From Rubrivivax sp. (GTDB taxonomy: Bacteria > Pseudomonadota > Gammaproteobacteria > Burkholderiales > Burkholderiaceae_C), in NCBI GenBank assembly GCA_022842595.1, contig JALHPF010000012.1:37358-101357 (forward strand): 64,000 nt of DNA. The letters run 5' to 3'. The position numbers and the translations under genes are program-made. Shown one piece after another: positions 10,659 through 20,766 of this stretch (the stretch's first letter is position 1; each line of letters begins with the position of its first letter). A model generated the notes under the pieces. That model was given only the letters and a program-made list of their open reading frames with translations. It did no database searches and was not told the DNA's origin.

Positions 10659-11186
10659 ATGGCGACGAGCCGGGTGACGAGCCGGGTGACGGCCCATGTG
10701 GGCCTGGGCGCCAACCTGGGCGGCGACCCGGCGCGGCTGCGCGCCACCCTCGTCAGCGCCTGGCGCGCCCTGGCTGCGCTGCCCGACACCACCGTGCAGG
10801 CGACCTCGTCACTGTGGCGCAGCGCGCCGGTGGACGCGACCGGCCCCGACTACCTGAATGCCGTCGTCGCCCTGCATACCGGCCTGGCGCCGCTGCCCTT
10901 GCTGCACGCGCTGCAGGCCATCGAGGCGGCGCATGGCCGTGAGCGACCGTACCGCAATGCCCCCAGGACGCTGGATCTGGACCTGCTGCGCCATGGCGAC
11001 AGCGTGATGCAGACCCTGGAACTCACCCTGCCGCACCCGAGGCTGCACCAGCGTGGCTTCGTGCTGCGGCCTTTGCTCGAGATCGCGCCTGACCTGCCGG
11101 GGCTGGCCGCCAAGCAGGCGGCCGTGGCCGATCAGGTGCTGGAGCGGCTGCCTGCGGCCGACGACTGGCCGCCGAGCTCCCACTGA
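10659..11186 (+). CDS. folK: 2-amino-4-hydroxy-6-hydroxymethyldihydropteridine diphosphokinase
   Basis: HPPK motifs [24 protein letters not shown] and [16 protein letters not shown]. Confidence 0.85.
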   Translation: MATSRVTSRVTAHVGLGANLGGDPARLRATLVSAWRALAALPDTTVQATSSLWRSAPVDATGPDYLNAVVALHTGLAPLPLLHALQAIEAAHGRERPYRNAPRTLDLDLLRHGDSVMQTLELTLPHPRLHQRGFVLRPLLEIAPDLPGLAAKQAAVADQVLERLPAADDWPPSSH

Positions 11187-11623
11187 AAGAACATCTGCAC
11201 GCCATAGGTGATGGTGCCCATGAACACGCCGCCACCGAGCAGCAGCGCCGCGATCGCCGCCAGTACCGGCGCCCAGGTGGTGGCGCGGCCGGGCAGGCCG
11301 GGGTTGTGGCGGGCGTCCCACTTCTCGTCGGGCGTCAGGCCGTAGAGGATGGCGAACAGCGCCCCCAGCGACAGCATCAGCCCGAGCACAGGCACCAGCA
11401 GCCAGGCCAGGCGATCGTCCTGGCCCAGCTGCTGCAGGCGCTGCAGCCCCACCCAACCCACCGCGGTGGGCAGCAGGTGAGCCCAGGCGAGGGCATCGCG
11501 CGGCCCGTACAGGTACAGGCGGTGCAGGCCCAGCGCACCGCCCAGCAAGGCCAGCCAGGCGGCCAGTGACTTGGAGCGATAGCGCACGGGTGCGGGCAAA
11601 ACGTGGGTGGGTGGTGATGTCAT
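11132..11623 (-). CDS. TM2 domain-containing membrane protein
   Basis: [14 protein letters not shown] resembles the TM2 motif and there are several TM helices. Start is uncertain: ATG 11623 (MTSPPTH) or ATG 11638. The 3' end overlaps the folK 3' end by 55 nt in convergent orientation. Confidence 0.55.
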   Translation of the reverse strand: MTSPPTHVLPAPVRYRSKSLAAWLALLGGALGLHRLYLYGPRDALAWAHLLPTAVGWVGLQRLQQLGQDDRLAWLLVPVLGLMLSLGALFAILYGLTPDEKWDARHNPGLPGRATTWAPVLAAIAALLLGGGVFMGTITYGVQMFFQWELGGQSSAAGSRSST

Positions 11624-11880
11624 GGCGCCTGGGAACAATCCGGTAGTCTAGAATGCGCGGTTTTCGGCGTCGGCCCGGGGTGACTGTTTTTTCAGGCAGC
11701 TCCGGGTGTATCTACGGCGCCGGCCGCGGGCTTCAGGCCCTGCGGGCCAGGCAGCCGCCCTGACAGGCGGCCACCGGCCGGCAGGGGCGGCCCAACCCGA
11801 TGACCTGTCCGGTGTGTCCCCGTGGCAGAGTCATCAAGGCGATCAGGTGCCCAGGCACCGTACTGCAGGAAATTCACATC

Positions 11881-12135
11881 ATGGTCGTAATCCGGCTGGC
11901 TCGTGGTGGCGCCAAGAAGCGCCCGTTCTACAACATCGTCGTCGCTGACTCGCGGGAGCGCCGTGACGGCCGCTTCATCGAACGCGTCGGTTTCTACAAC
12001 CCGGTGGCTTCGGGTGCCGAGCAGCCGCTGCGTGTGGCGCTGGACCGCGTCACGCACTGGACCGGCGTCGGCGCCCAGCTGTCGCCCACGGTGGCGCGCC
12101 TGGTCGAGCAGGCCAAGGCCGCTCCCGCCGCCTGA
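11881..12135 (+). CDS. rpsP: 30S ribosomal protein S16
   Basis: [41 protein letters not shown] is canonical S16. Start is the internal ATG of ORF 11800-12135. Confidence 0.95.
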   Translation: MVVIRLARGGAKKRPFYNIVVADSRERRDGRFIERVGFYNPVASGAEQPLRVALDRVTHWTGVGAQLSPTVARLVEQAKAAPAA

Positions 12136-12149
12136 AGCAGCACGGTCCG

Positions 12150-12773
12150 ATGAACCCGGCCAACCCGGCGGAAGCATCCCCGGGCGCCCTGCCAGGCGCA
12201 GGGCCGGAAGCTCCTTCGGACCAGATGCCGGCCGACGCCGTCGAGGTCGGCCGCATCATCGGTGCCTGGGGCGTGCAGGGGGGCTTGAAGATCAAGCCTT
12301 TCGCCGCCGACCCCCAGGCCCTGTTTTCCTCCAAGCGCTGGTTTCTCCAGCCGAACGACCTGCCGCGCCCGCCCGGGGCCAAGGCAGCGCAGCCCTTGCC
12401 TGCGCTCCTGCGCGTGAAGCAGGCGCGTGACCATGGTGAGGGTGTCGTCGCCACCGTGCACGACATCGATGACCGTGACGCGGCGCAGGCCCTGGCCGGC
12501 GCCCGCATCTTCGTGCCACGCGCCAGCTTTCCGACGCCGGATGATGGCGAGTTCTACTGGGTCGACCTGATCGGCCTGCAGGTCAGCAATCGTCAGGGCC
12601 TGGCCCTGGGCAAGGTGGTCGGCCTGATCGAGACCGGCCCGCACTGCGTGCTGCGCATCCAGCCCGAAGCGCCTGACGCCGAAGAGCGCCTGATCCCGTT
12701 CGTCGACGCCTACGTCGACAGCGTCGACCTGCCCGGCGGCTGCATCGCCGTCGACTGGGAAGCCGACTACTGA
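12150..12773 (+). CDS. rimM: 16S rRNA processing protein RimM
   Basis: Position in the rpsP-rimM-trmD-rplS operon. Motifs [16 protein letters not shown] and [10 protein letters not shown]. Confidence 0.85.
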   Translation: MNPANPAEASPGALPGAGPEAPSDQMPADAVEVGRIIGAWGVQGGLKIKPFAADPQALFSSKRWFLQPNDLPRPPGAKAAQPLPALLRVKQARDHGEGVVATVHDIDDRDAAQALAGARIFVPRASFPTPDDGEFYWVDLIGLQVSNRQGLALGKVVGLIETGPHCVLRIQPEAPDAEERLIPFVDAYVDSVDLPGGCIAVDWEADY

Positions 12774-12789
12774 CCGCGCAGGCCCGGCC

Positions 12790-13539
12790 ATGCGCTTCGA
12801 TGTCGTCACGCTTTTTCCGGAACTCTTCGCGCCGCACTTCAAGCACGGCATCACCCGGCGTGCCTTCGAGACCGGCGCAGTCGACGTGCGGCTGTGGCAG
12901 CTGCGCGATTTCGCCGACGACACCTACCGCCGTGTCGACGACCGCCCCTTTGGCGGCGGCCCCGGCATGGTGATGCTGGCCGAGCCACTCCTGCGGGTGC
13001 TGGGGGCCATTGCCGACGACCGCGGCGCCATGCCGGCGGTGGTGAACTTCACGCCCACCGGCCAGCCGCTGACTCAGGCCCGCGTGCGCGACTTCGCCGC
13101 AGGCCCCGGCGCCGTGCTGCTGTGCGGCCGTTACGAGGGCATCGACCAACGTGTCATCGACCGCCATGTCAGCCACGAAATCAGCCTGGGGGACTTCGTG
13201 CTGTCGGGCGGTGAACTGCCCGCGTTGGCCTTGCTGGACGCCGTGGCGCGCTTGCAGCCCGGTGTACTGGCAGCGCCGTCCCACGAACAGGACAGCTTCG
13301 AGGACGGCCTGCTTGAAGGCCCGCACTACAGCCGCCCGGAACTACTGTGGGTCGACGACCGGCAAGTCGGCGTGCCGGCCGTGCTGATGTCGGGACACCA
13401 TGGCCGCATCGCCCAATGGCGACGCGAGCAGGCGCTGGCAGCCACCGCCCGCCGCCGCCCGGACCTGATCGCGCAGGCGCGGGCAGCAGGCCGGCTGCAG
13501 CCGGCCGACGAGCGCTACCTGGCTTCCCTCGGGCTATAA
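12790..13539 (+). CDS. trmD: tRNA (guanine37-N1)-methyltransferase
   Basis: [13 protein letters not shown]..., [13 protein letters not shown] and [10 protein letters not shown] motifs. Confidence 0.95.
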   Translation: MRFDVVTLFPELFAPHFKHGITRRAFETGAVDVRLWQLRDFADDTYRRVDDRPFGGGPGMVMLAEPLLRVLGAIADDRGAMPAVVNFTPTGQPLTQARVRDFAAGPGAVLLCGRYEGIDQRVIDRHVSHEISLGDFVLSGGELPALALLDAVARLQPGVLAAPSHEQDSFEDGLLEGPHYSRPELLWVDDRQVGVPAVLMSGHHGRIAQWRREQALAATARRRPDLIAQARAAGRLQPADERYLASLGL

Positions 13540-13540
13540 T
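13535..13540 (+). promoter_or_regulatory. possible -10 hexamer (TATAAT) for rplS overlapping the trmD stop
   Basis: A perfect TATAAT in an approximately 70% GC context, about 110 nt upstream of rplS. I found no convincing -35, so this is weak. Confidence 0.3.
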
Positions 13541-13650
13541 CAAAGGCTTTTCGATCCTCTGCCGGGGTCTGCCGCCTGACTGGTTCACCAGCACGCGGCA
13601 GAACAAACACCCAATCCACCCACCCTGGGCAAGATCGAGTCGGAGAAAAC

Positions 13651-14007
13651 GTGTCGAACATCATCGCCATGCTGGAACAGGAAGAGATCGCTCGCCTGAA
13701 CCGCACCCTGCCGGACTTTTCGCCCGGTGACACCATCATCGTCAACGTCAACGTCGTTGAAGGCACACGCAAGCGTGTGCAGGCTTACGAAGGCGTGGTC
13801 ATTGCCAAGCGCAACCGCGGCCTGAACAGCAGCTTCATCGTGCGCAAGATCTCCAACGGCGAAGGCGTGGAGCGCACGTTCCAGAGCTACAGCCCGCTGA
13901 TCGCCAGCGTCGAAGTGAAGCGCCGCGGTGCCGTGCGTCGCGCCAAGCTGTACTACCTGCGTCAGCGCAGCGGCAAGTCGGCACGCATCAAGGAAAAGCT
14001 GGCCTGA
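13651..14007 (+). CDS. rplS: 50S ribosomal protein L19
   Basis: GTG start. [46 protein letters not shown] is canonical L19. Confidence 0.95.
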   Translation: MSNIIAMLEQEEIARLNRTLPDFSPGDTIIVNVNVVEGTRKRVQAYEGVVIAKRNRGLNSSFIVRKISNGEGVERTFQSYSPLIASVEVKRRGAVRRAKLYYLRQRSGKSARIKEKLA

Positions 14008-14043
14008 CGCCACCGGGCCACGGCCTGACTGGCAAGCCATGAC

Positions 14044-14070
14044 AAGGCCGCCCCCGGGCGGCTTTGTCGT
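14044..14070 (+). terminator. putative intrinsic terminator after rplS
   Basis: aagGCCGCCcccgGGCGGCtttgtcgtt: a GC stem followed by a T-rich tail. Confidence 0.5.
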
Positions 14071-14097
14071 TGGTGCCCCAGGCACAGAACACGCAGC

Positions 14098-14799
14098 ATG
14101 ACGCGCCCGCGCATCCTCGACCCCCGCGCCGTTCCCGTGGCCGGAACAGACGCGCACCTGCCGGCCTTGAACCTGCAGGGCCTGGACGTGCAGAGCCTGC
14201 GCCAGCGCTTCGACAGCCTGGCGGCGTCTCGCTGGGCCCCCGAATTTGCCGGTGATGGTCGCTGGGCGACCGAACGTGAGCCCGCTGCAGCTGCCGTGCT
14301 GGTGGCGTTGGTGGCGCGCCCGCAAGGATGGCAGGTGCTGCTGACCCGCCGCACCGACCATCTGCGCGACCATGCCGGGCAGATCAGTTTCCCCGGCGGC
14401 CGCAGCGAGCCCGAAGATGCCGACGCTGCTGCCACGGCATTGCGCGAGGCCGAAGAAGAAGTCGGCCTGCCGCGTCAGCAGGCGCAGGTGGTGGGTGCGC
14501 TGCCCGCCTACACGACCGTGACCCATTTCGTCGTGACGCCGGTCGTGGCCGTGGTGCAGCCACCGATGGTCCTGGCCCTCGATACCTTCGAGGTGGCCGA
14601 AGCCTTCGAGGTGCCGCTGCAATTCCTGATGACGCCGGCACACCACCGCCGCCATGTCTTCCACGCCGAAGGGCAGGATCGCCAGTTCCTGTCGATGCCC
14701 TGGCAGGGGCCGGGTGCGGATGGCGTGCAACGCGAATACTTCATCTGGGGGGCGACGGCGGCCATGTTGCGCAACCTCTACCGCTTCCTGTCCAGTTGA
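14098..14799 (+). CDS. NUDIX hydrolase, CoA pyrophosphatase-like
   Basis: Nudix box GGRSEPEDADAAATALREAEEEVGL. The preceding ISFPGG context is typical of the NudL/CoA pyrophosphatase group. Confidence 0.75.
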   Translation: MTRPRILDPRAVPVAGTDAHLPALNLQGLDVQSLRQRFDSLAASRWAPEFAGDGRWATEREPAAAAVLVALVARPQGWQVLLTRRTDHLRDHAGQISFPGGRSEPEDADAAATALREAEEEVGLPRQQAQVVGALPAYTTVTHFVVTPVVAVVQPPMVLALDTFEVAEAFEVPLQFLMTPAHHRRHVFHAEGQDRQFLSMPWQGPGADGVQREYFIWGATAAMLRNLYRFLSS

Positions 14800-14857
14800 T
14801 GGGCCCCGGCCGCAGGGTGGGGGCTGGTCGGCGGGCCGCTCGCTATGATCGGTCGCG

Positions 14858-15847
14858 ATGAGTTTTTTTGCCGTCCTGTTCGCCCTGCTGATCGAGCAAC
14901 TCAAGCCGCTGCCACGTGACAACTGGGTGCACGACATGCTGGTGGCCTGGGTGCGCTGGACCGGGCGCAACTTCGACGCCGGCAAGCCCCACCACGCGGG
15001 CGTGGTCTGGGGGATCTCGGTGGGCGTGCCGGCGCTGCTGGTCACCGCCGTCTACCTGGCCGCGGTGCAGTACAGCCTGCTGCTGGCCCTGGTGCTTGAC
15101 GTCGGCCTGCTCTACCTGACCCTGGGCTTCCGCCAGTTCAGCCACTACTACACCGACATCCGCGATGCCATCGAGCGCCGCGACGAGGCCGAGGCGCGGC
15201 GCCTGCTTTCCGAATGGCGGCATCTGGACGCGAGCGAGCTGCCGCGCACCGAACTGCTGCGCCATGTCATCGAACATGCGCTGCTGGCCGCCCACCGCCA
15301 TGTCTTCGGCGTCTTCTTCTGGTTCGTCGTGTTCTCGGCGCTGGGGCTGGGGCCGCTGGGTGCGGTGCTCTACCGCATGGCCGAGTTCTCCAGCCGCTAC
15401 TGGGGTTACCGCCAGCGCAGCCTCGACGCACCGGCCAACGACGAACTGCTCGCTCTGTCGCGCCGGCTCTTTTCGTTGATCGACCATGTGCCGGCGCGGC
15501 TGACGGCGTTCGGCTTTGCCGTCGTCGGCAACTTCGAGGAGGCCATCAACAGCTGGCGCCGCGACGCCGGGCTCTGGCTGTACCCGAACGAAGGCGTGAT
15601 CCTGGCGGCTGCCGCCGGGGCGGTGGGCGTGCAGCTGGGCGGCGTGGCCGCGCCGGGTGTCACGCCCGACCGCAGCAAGACCTTCACCGCGGGCGTGCAG
15701 GCCGGCATGGCCAGCGCCGAAGGCTCCACCGGCGGCCTGCCACCGCAGCCGGGGCACCTGCAGAGTGTCGTCGGCCTGGTCTGGCGCTCGGTGGTGCTGT
15801 GGATGCTGCTGGTGGCGCTGCTGTCGCTGGCCAACGTGCTGGGCTAG
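14858..15847 (+). CDS. CobD/CbiB-AmpE-like family membrane protein
   Basis: N-terminus MSFFAVLFALLIEQLKPLP plus multiple TM segments resemble the CobD/CbiB-AmpE superfamily. There is no cobalamin gene context, so function is unclear. Confidence 0.5.
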   Translation: MSFFAVLFALLIEQLKPLPRDNWVHDMLVAWVRWTGRNFDAGKPHHAGVVWGISVGVPALLVTAVYLAAVQYSLLLALVLDVGLLYLTLGFRQFSHYYTDIRDAIERRDEAEARRLLSEWRHLDASELPRTELLRHVIEHALLAAHRHVFGVFFWFVVFSALGLGPLGAVLYRMAEFSSRYWGYRQRSLDAPANDELLALSRRLFSLIDHVPARLTAFGFAVVGNFEEAINSWRRDAGLWLYPNEGVILAAAAGAVGVQLGGVAAPGVTPDRSKTFTAGVQAGMASAEGSTGGLPPQPGHLQSVVGLVWRSVVLWMLLVALLSLANVLG

Positions 15848-15855
15848 CCAGCCGT

Positions 15856-16743
15856 TCAGTAGCGGGTGCGCGAAAGCTCTTCGTAGAGTTCGTCGTAGAT
15901 GCGCATGCGCCAGGGGCTGATCTCGCCCCTTTCGGCTGCAGCGCGCACGCCGCAGCCGGGCTCCTGCCGATGCGTGCAGTTGTAGAAGCGGCATTGGCCC
16001 AGGGCCGCGGACAAGTCCGGCATCAGCCCGGCCAGCTGCTCGGACGTGATCTGGCGCAGGCCGAATTCCTGGAAGCCCGGTGAGTCGATCAGCGCGGCGC
16101 TGCGTGCGTCGTCCAGCCAGTACCAGGTGGTGCTGGTGGTGGTGTGGCGGCCGCTCTGCAGCGCCTGCGAGATCTCGCCCACCAGGGCCGCGGCTTCTGG
16201 CACGAGCAGGTTGATCAGCGTGCTCTTGCCGGTGCCGCTCGGGCCCAGCACCAGGGTCGTGCGCCCGGCCAGCACCGGTGCCAGCAGCGCGCGGGCAGCG
16301 GCCGGGTCGGCCTTCAACGCCAGTTCGACCAGCGGCACGCCCATCGCGCGGTAGGGCGCCAGGCGTTCACGCGCGGTGGCGGCGGCGGGCAGGTCGGTCT
16401 TGTTCAGGCCGATGGTGACGTCGATGCCTTCGGCGCGCGCGGCGATGAGCGCACGCGCGAGCTGGGTTTCGCTGAACATCGGCTCGCCGGCCACCAGCAC
16501 CAGCACCTGGTCCAGGTTGGCGGCAAAGCTCTTGGTGCGCCAGTCGTCCTGGCGGTACAGCAGGTTGCGCCTTGGCTCCAGGCCTTCGATGACACCGCCG
16601 TCGCCGGTGACGGCCCAGCGCACCATGTCGCCGACGACCAGTTCGCTCTTCTTGCCCCGCGTCTGGCAGCGCACACAAACGCCCTCCGGTGTTTCCACCA
16701 TCACCTGGCGGCCGTGCGCAGCGACCACGCGGCCGGTGTTCAA
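15856..16743 (-). CDS. rsgA: ribosome small-subunit-dependent GTPase A
   Basis: Circularly permuted GTPase motifs NKTDL and GPSGTGKSTLINLL, and zinc motif CRFYNCTHRQEPGC. Start proposed at in-frame TTG 16743 (LNTGRVVAAHG...), forming TTGA with the phhB stop. The listed ATG at 16830 would overlap phhB by 91 nt. Confidence 0.85.
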   Translation of the reverse strand: MNTGRVVAAHGRQVMVETPEGVCVRCQTRGKKSELVVGDMVRWAVTGDGGVIEGLEPRRNLLYRQDDWRTKSFAANLDQVLVLVAGEPMFSETQLARALIAARAEGIDVTIGLNKTDLPAAATARERLAPYRAMGVPLVELALKADPAAARALLAPVLAGRTTLVLGPSGTGKSTLINLLVPEAAALVGEISQALQSGRHTTTSTTWYWLDDARSAALIDSPGFQEFGLRQITSEQLAGLMPDLSAALGQCRFYNCTHRQEPGCGVRAAAERGEISPWRMRIYDELYEELSRTRY

Positions 16744-17078
16744 ACGAGCAGGGCGTCGACCTTGGCCGCGCAGATGAAATCGTTGATCGAGATGCCGCCC
16801 ACCGCATGGGTGTTGAAGCGCACCGTGCACTGGCCGTAGCTCACCAGCAGGTCGGGGTGGTGGTCCTCGGCGTTGGCCACCCAGGCCAGCGCGTTGACGA
16901 AGGCGACCGTGCGGTGGAAGTCAGGGAAGCTGTAGCGCTTCTCGATCGCGCCTTCGGCCAGCACCCAGCCGGGCGCCTGTGCCAGATGCCGGTCGATCTC
17001 GTTGGACATCATGGCCGGCTGGCCTTCCATCGGCTGGCAGCGTTGCCGGGCAAGCGTTGGTGCGGGTGTGGACATCAA
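16740..17078 (-). CDS. phhB: 4a-hydroxytetrahydrobiopterin (pterin-4a-carbinolamine) dehydratase
   Basis: Motifs FPDFHRTVAFVNALAWVANAEDHHPDL and TVRFNTHAVGGIS. Confidence 0.85.
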   Translation of the reverse strand: MMSTPAPTLARQRCQPMEGQPAMMSNEIDRHLAQAPGWVLAEGAIEKRYSFPDFHRTVAFVNALAWVANAEDHHPDLLVSYGQCTVRFNTHAVGGISINDFICAAKVDALLV

Positions 17079-18355
17079 GCGGTCTTCAGGCTGGGCGAGG
17101 GCAGGGCGGCCAGGCGTTCGCTGGCGGGCGGGTGCGAATAGTAGAAACGCGCGTAGAGCGGGTCGGGTGTCAGCGTGGCGGCGTTGTCCTCGTGCAGCTT
17201 CAGCAGCGCTCGCGCCAGGTCGCCGCCGTCGGCCTGGGCGCAGGCATAGGCGTCGGCCTCGAATTCGTGCACGCGTGAGACATGCGCCATCAGCGGCGAG
17301 ACGAAGAAGGTGAAAGGCGGCAGCACCAGCATGAACAGGATGAGCGCCAGCGCGTCGTTCGGCGCGCCCAGGCTGGGTTGCGCGCCAAGGCCGGCGTAGA
17401 AGCCGCTTTGCGCGGCCAGCCAGCCCAGCAGGGCCAGGCCCAAAAGGCTCAAGCCGAAGATTCCGGCCATTCGCTTGAGCACATGCCGGCGCTTGAAGTG
17501 ACCGAGTTCATGCGCAAGCACGGCCTCCACCTCGCCCGGCGACAGCCGCTGCAACAGGGTGTCGAAGAACACCACCCGCTTGGCGGCGCCCAGGCCGGTG
17601 AAGTAGGCATTGGCGTGCGCCGACCGGCGGCTGCCGTCCATCACGAACAGGCCCTTGGCAGCAAAGCCGCAGCGCTGCATCAAGGCCTGCACCCTTTTCT
17701 TCAGCGCTTCGTCGGGCAGCGGCTCGAACTTGTTGAACAGCGGTGCGATGACGGTGGGGTACAGCACCAGCAGCACCAGGTTGAAGGCCACCCACGCGGC
17801 CCAGGCATACAGCCACCACAAGCCGCCCGAGTTGCCCATGATCCACAGGATGCCGGCGGCCAGTGGCAGGCCGATCAGGGCGCCCACCAGGCTTCCCTTG
17901 GCCATGTCGGCCAGCCAAAGGCCCAGTGTCATGCGGTTGAAGCCGAACTGCTGTTCGATGCGGAAGGTGCTGTACCAGTCCAGCGGCAGTTCGATGAGCG
18001 AGCCGATGACGACGAACGCCGCCAGCAGCGCCAGCTGATAGCCCAGGTTGCCGACGACTGGCTGCAGCTGGTTCAGCAGCAGGGTGTTCAAGGCGTCCAG
18101 CCCGCCCAGCAGCGTCCAGCCCAGCAGCGCCGCACTGCCCACGGCCAGTGCCAGCAGGCCGAAACGGCCCTTGGCCAGGGTGTAGTCGGCCGCCTTCTGG
18201 TGGGCTTCGAGGGTTACAGTGCTGTGAAAAGCCACCGGCACCTGGCTGCGATGGGCGGAGACATGGCGCATCTGGCGCGTGGCCAGCCACAGCTTGGTGG
18301 CCAGCGAGGCCAGCAGGGCGGCCACGAAGGCAAGGGTCAGGATATCGGCATGCAT
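17075..18355 (-). CDS. M48 family zinc metallopeptidase (Ste24/HtpX-like)
   Basis: [10 protein letters not shown] (HExxH) and the downstream EFEADAY motif, with N-terminal TM helices. Start is the internal ATG 18355 ([10 protein letters not shown]...). The upstream 246 codons of ORF 17075-19093 are Arg/Gly-rich artefact that is antisense to the PPIase gene. Confidence 0.8.
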   Translation of the reverse strand: MHADILTLAFVAALLASLATKLWLATRQMRHVSAHRSQVPVAFHSTVTLEAHQKAADYTLAKGRFGLLALAVGSAALLGWTLLGGLDALNTLLLNQLQPVVGNLGYQLALLAAFVVIGSLIELPLDWYSTFRIEQQFGFNRMTLGLWLADMAKGSLVGALIGLPLAAGILWIMGNSGGLWWLYAWAAWVAFNLVLLVLYPTVIAPLFNKFEPLPDEALKKRVQALMQRCGFAAKGLFVMDGSRRSAHANAYFTGLGAAKRVVFFDTLLQRLSPGEVEAVLAHELGHFKRRHVLKRMAGIFGLSLLGLALLGWLAAQSGFYAGLGAQPSLGAPNDALALILFMLVLPPFTFFVSPLMAHVSRVHEFEADAYACAQADGGDLARALLKLHEDNAATLTPDPLYARFYYSHPPASERLAALPSPSLKTA

Positions 18356-18457
18356 GGAGCGCGAGTCTAGAGGCTGTTGCCGGCTGGCGCGGGCGGCGCC
18401 GAGCTGGGTCAGAATCGGCGCTGGGCGAACCCGTCCGCCCGCCGAACTTCCAGACCC

Positions 18458-19384
18458 ATGCATCCAACCTCCGCGCCTTCGCTCCAGGGCTTCCAGGCCC
18501 TGGCCTCCAGGCTCCTTGCCTGCCTGCTGCTGGCCGCCGGCCCATGCCATGTGGCCCATGCCCAGGGCAGCATGGTCCGGCTGGAAACTTCGCTGGGCCC
18601 GCTCGACATCCGCCTGTACGACAGCCAGACCCCGGCCACGGTGGCCAACTTCCTGGGCTACCTGCGCAGCGGCGCGTACGCCAATTCGTTCGTGCACCGC
18701 AGCGTGCCGGGTTTTGTCGTCCAGACTGGCGGCTACACCTGGACCGAAGGCTTCGGCCCGTCGAAGATTCCTGCCGGCCCGCCTGTCGTCAACGAATTCA
18801 GCACGTCGAGGTCGAACCTGCGCGGTACGGTGGCGATGGCCAAGCTCGGCGGCAACCCGAACAGCGCCACCACCGAGTGGTTCGTGAACCTGGCGAACAA
18901 TGCCGCGAACCTGGACAACCAGAACGGAGGCTTCACGGTCTTCGGCAAGGTCACGGCGCCTGGCATGGCCATCGTGGACAGGATGGCGGGCCTGACGGTG
19001 CTGAACATCGGTGGCTGCTTTGCCAATGGCAGTGCGCTTTCGGCCGTGCCGATGCGCGCCACTCCCGCCACCTGTGCGGGCGTGTCCGACCAAAACCTCA
19101 CGATGGTGCGTTCGGCGCGCGAACTGTCCGCGACCGCCACCGACGCCGACCGGGTGTTCAACTTCATCGAAGCCACCTACCCGGAATACACCCAGCCCTC
19201 CGGCTTCGCTTCGGTCACCGAACCCAGCCTGGGCTACTACTACCGCTACTACAGCGGCAGCAACGCCTACCTGGGCTACAAGGACGGCAATCTGTACTAC
19301 CTGGTGCCGGCCATCAACAACCAGATCAACCTGCTCGCTCCTTTGGCCGACCTGCTGGTGCAGGCCGCTGCGGCAGGGTACTGA
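18458..19384 (+). CDS. secreted cyclophilin-type peptidyl-prolyl isomerase with C-terminal Tyr-rich extension
   Basis: Signal-peptide-like [19 protein letters not shown]. Cyclophilin motifs [37 protein letters not shown] and FGKV. An approximately 110-aa tail ([24 protein letters not shown]) has no assignable family. Confidence 0.8.
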   Translation: MHPTSAPSLQGFQALASRLLACLLLAAGPCHVAHAQGSMVRLETSLGPLDIRLYDSQTPATVANFLGYLRSGAYANSFVHRSVPGFVVQTGGYTWTEGFGPSKIPAGPPVVNEFSTSRSNLRGTVAMAKLGGNPNSATTEWFVNLANNAANLDNQNGGFTVFGKVTAPGMAIVDRMAGLTVLNIGGCFANGSALSAVPMRATPATCAGVSDQNLTMVRSARELSATATDADRVFNFIEATYPEYTQPSGFASVTEPSLGYYYRYYSGSNAYLGYKDGNLYYLVPAINNQINLLAPLADLLVQAAAAGY

Positions 19385-19467
19385 GCCCGCTGCGTCGATT
19401 GCGCCTTCGGGCCTGCCAGCCGGGGCCCATCGGCGAGAATCCAGCCTTGTCCACCCCGCCCCAGACC

Positions 19468-20028
19468 ATGACCGAAGCCCTGCTGCCGTCGAGTGACCAG
19501 AACCTGATCTGGATCGACCTGGAAATGACCGGTCTGGATACCGACCGCGACCGCATCATCGAAATCGCCATCATCGTCACCGACCCGATGCTGGCCACGC
19601 GTGTGGAAGGCCCGGTCTTCGCCATCCACCAGACCGACGCCGTGCTCGACGGCATGGACGCGTGGAACAAGGGCACCCACGGCAAGAGCGGCCTCGTCGA
19701 CCGGGTGCGCGCCAGCACCATCGACGAAGCCGCCGCCGAGGCCGCCGTGATCGCCTTCCTGCAGGCCTACGTGCCCAAGGGCAAGAGCCCCATGTGCGGC
19801 AACAGCATCTGCCAGGACCGCCGTTTCCTGGCGCGCACGATGCCGGCGCTGGAGGCCTTCTTCCATTACCGCAACCTCGACGTCAGCACGCTGAAGGAAC
19901 TGGCCAAGCGCTGGAAGCCTGCCGCGCTGGAAGGCCTGAAGAAGGCGCAGGCGCACACCGCGCTGGCCGACGTGCACGAGTCGATCGACGAACTCGTCCA
20001 CTACCGCCACACCCTGCTGGCGGTCTGA
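19468..20028 (+). CDS. orn: oligoribonuclease
   Basis: DEDDh exonuclease motifs [23 protein letters not shown] and [14 protein letters not shown]. Confidence 0.9.
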   Translation: MTEALLPSSDQNLIWIDLEMTGLDTDRDRIIEIAIIVTDPMLATRVEGPVFAIHQTDAVLDGMDAWNKGTHGKSGLVDRVRASTIDEAAAEAAVIAFLQAYVPKGKSPMCGNSICQDRRFLARTMPALEAFFHYRNLDVSTLKELAKRWKPAALEGLKKAQAHTALADVHESIDELVHYRHTLLAV

Positions 20029-20076
20029 CGGCTTCGCCGTCGCTGTGAACCCGTCCTACCGCCGGCGGGCCTGAGC

Positions 20077-20763
20077 ATGCTGCACGGCTACCTGCCCATC
20101 ATCGTGGGCGGCCTCTGGGTGACGCTGAGCGTGGCAGCGCTGTCGCTGGTGGTGGCCTGTGTCTTCGGGCTGCTGGGTGCCGCGGCCAAGCTCTCGGGTT
20201 CGCGGGCGGCGCGGGGCGTGGCGCAGGTCTACACCACCGTCATCCGCGGCCTGCCCGAACTGGTGCTGATGCTCGCGATCTTCTATGGCGGGCAGATCCT
20301 GCTGAACGAGCTCGTCGAAGCGCAGGGCTGGGACCATGTCGACGTGCCGCCTTTCGCCGCCGGCGTGCTGACCATCGGCTTCATCTTCGGCGCCTACCTC
20401 ACCGAGACCTTCCGCGGCGCCATCCTGGCGGTGCCGCCCGGGCAGGCCGAGGCGGCGCGGGCCTACGGCATGTCGAATGGCCAGGTCTGGCGGCGCATCA
20501 TCCTGCCGCAGATGGTGCGCCATGCCATCCCCGGCTTCTCGAACAACTGGCTGGTGATGGTGAAGGCCACGGCCCTGGTGTCGATCATCGGGCTGGACGA
20601 CATGGTGCACCGTGCGAACCTGGCGGCCTCGGCCACCCGCGAGCCTTTCACCTTCTTCGTGGCGGTGGGGCTGCTGTACCTGGCCATCACCACGCTGTCG
20701 ATCTTCCTGCTGTCGCGGCTGGAAAAGCGCTACAGCCTGGGTGTCAAGGCCGTGTCGTTCTAG
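20077..20763 (+). CDS. basic amino-acid ABC transporter permease (HisQ/AotQ-like)
   Basis: 228-aa polar-amino-acid permease pattern: RGLPELVLMLAIFYG, the region equivalent to the EAA loop (EAARAYGMSNGQVWRRIILPQ). Confidence 0.85.
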   Translation: MLHGYLPIIVGGLWVTLSVAALSLVVACVFGLLGAAAKLSGSRAARGVAQVYTTVIRGLPELVLMLAIFYGGQILLNELVEAQGWDHVDVPPFAAGVLTIGFIFGAYLTETFRGAILAVPPGQAEAARAYGMSNGQVWRRIILPQMVRHAIPGFSNNWLVMVKATALVSIIGLDDMVHRANLAASATREPFTFFVAVGLLYLAITTLSIFLLSRLEKRYSLGVKAVSF

Positions 20764-20766
20764 GCC

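Noticed and set aside
11639-11880. 242-bp untranslated region upstream of rpsP, with a tctagaat motif, considered as a possible RNA gene
   Set aside because: I could not fold a convincing tRNA, tmRNA or riboswitch-like structure by eye, and found no -35 for the TAGAAT. It is most simply the rpsP promoter and leader. The spurious ORFs here (11706-11948, 11692-12177) have artefact composition.
18356-19093. N-terminal 246-codon extension of the M48 peptidase ORF
   Set aside because: The extension overlaps the divergent PPIase gene on the other strand and is Arg/Gly-rich. The internal ATG gives a normal TM-first M48 protein.
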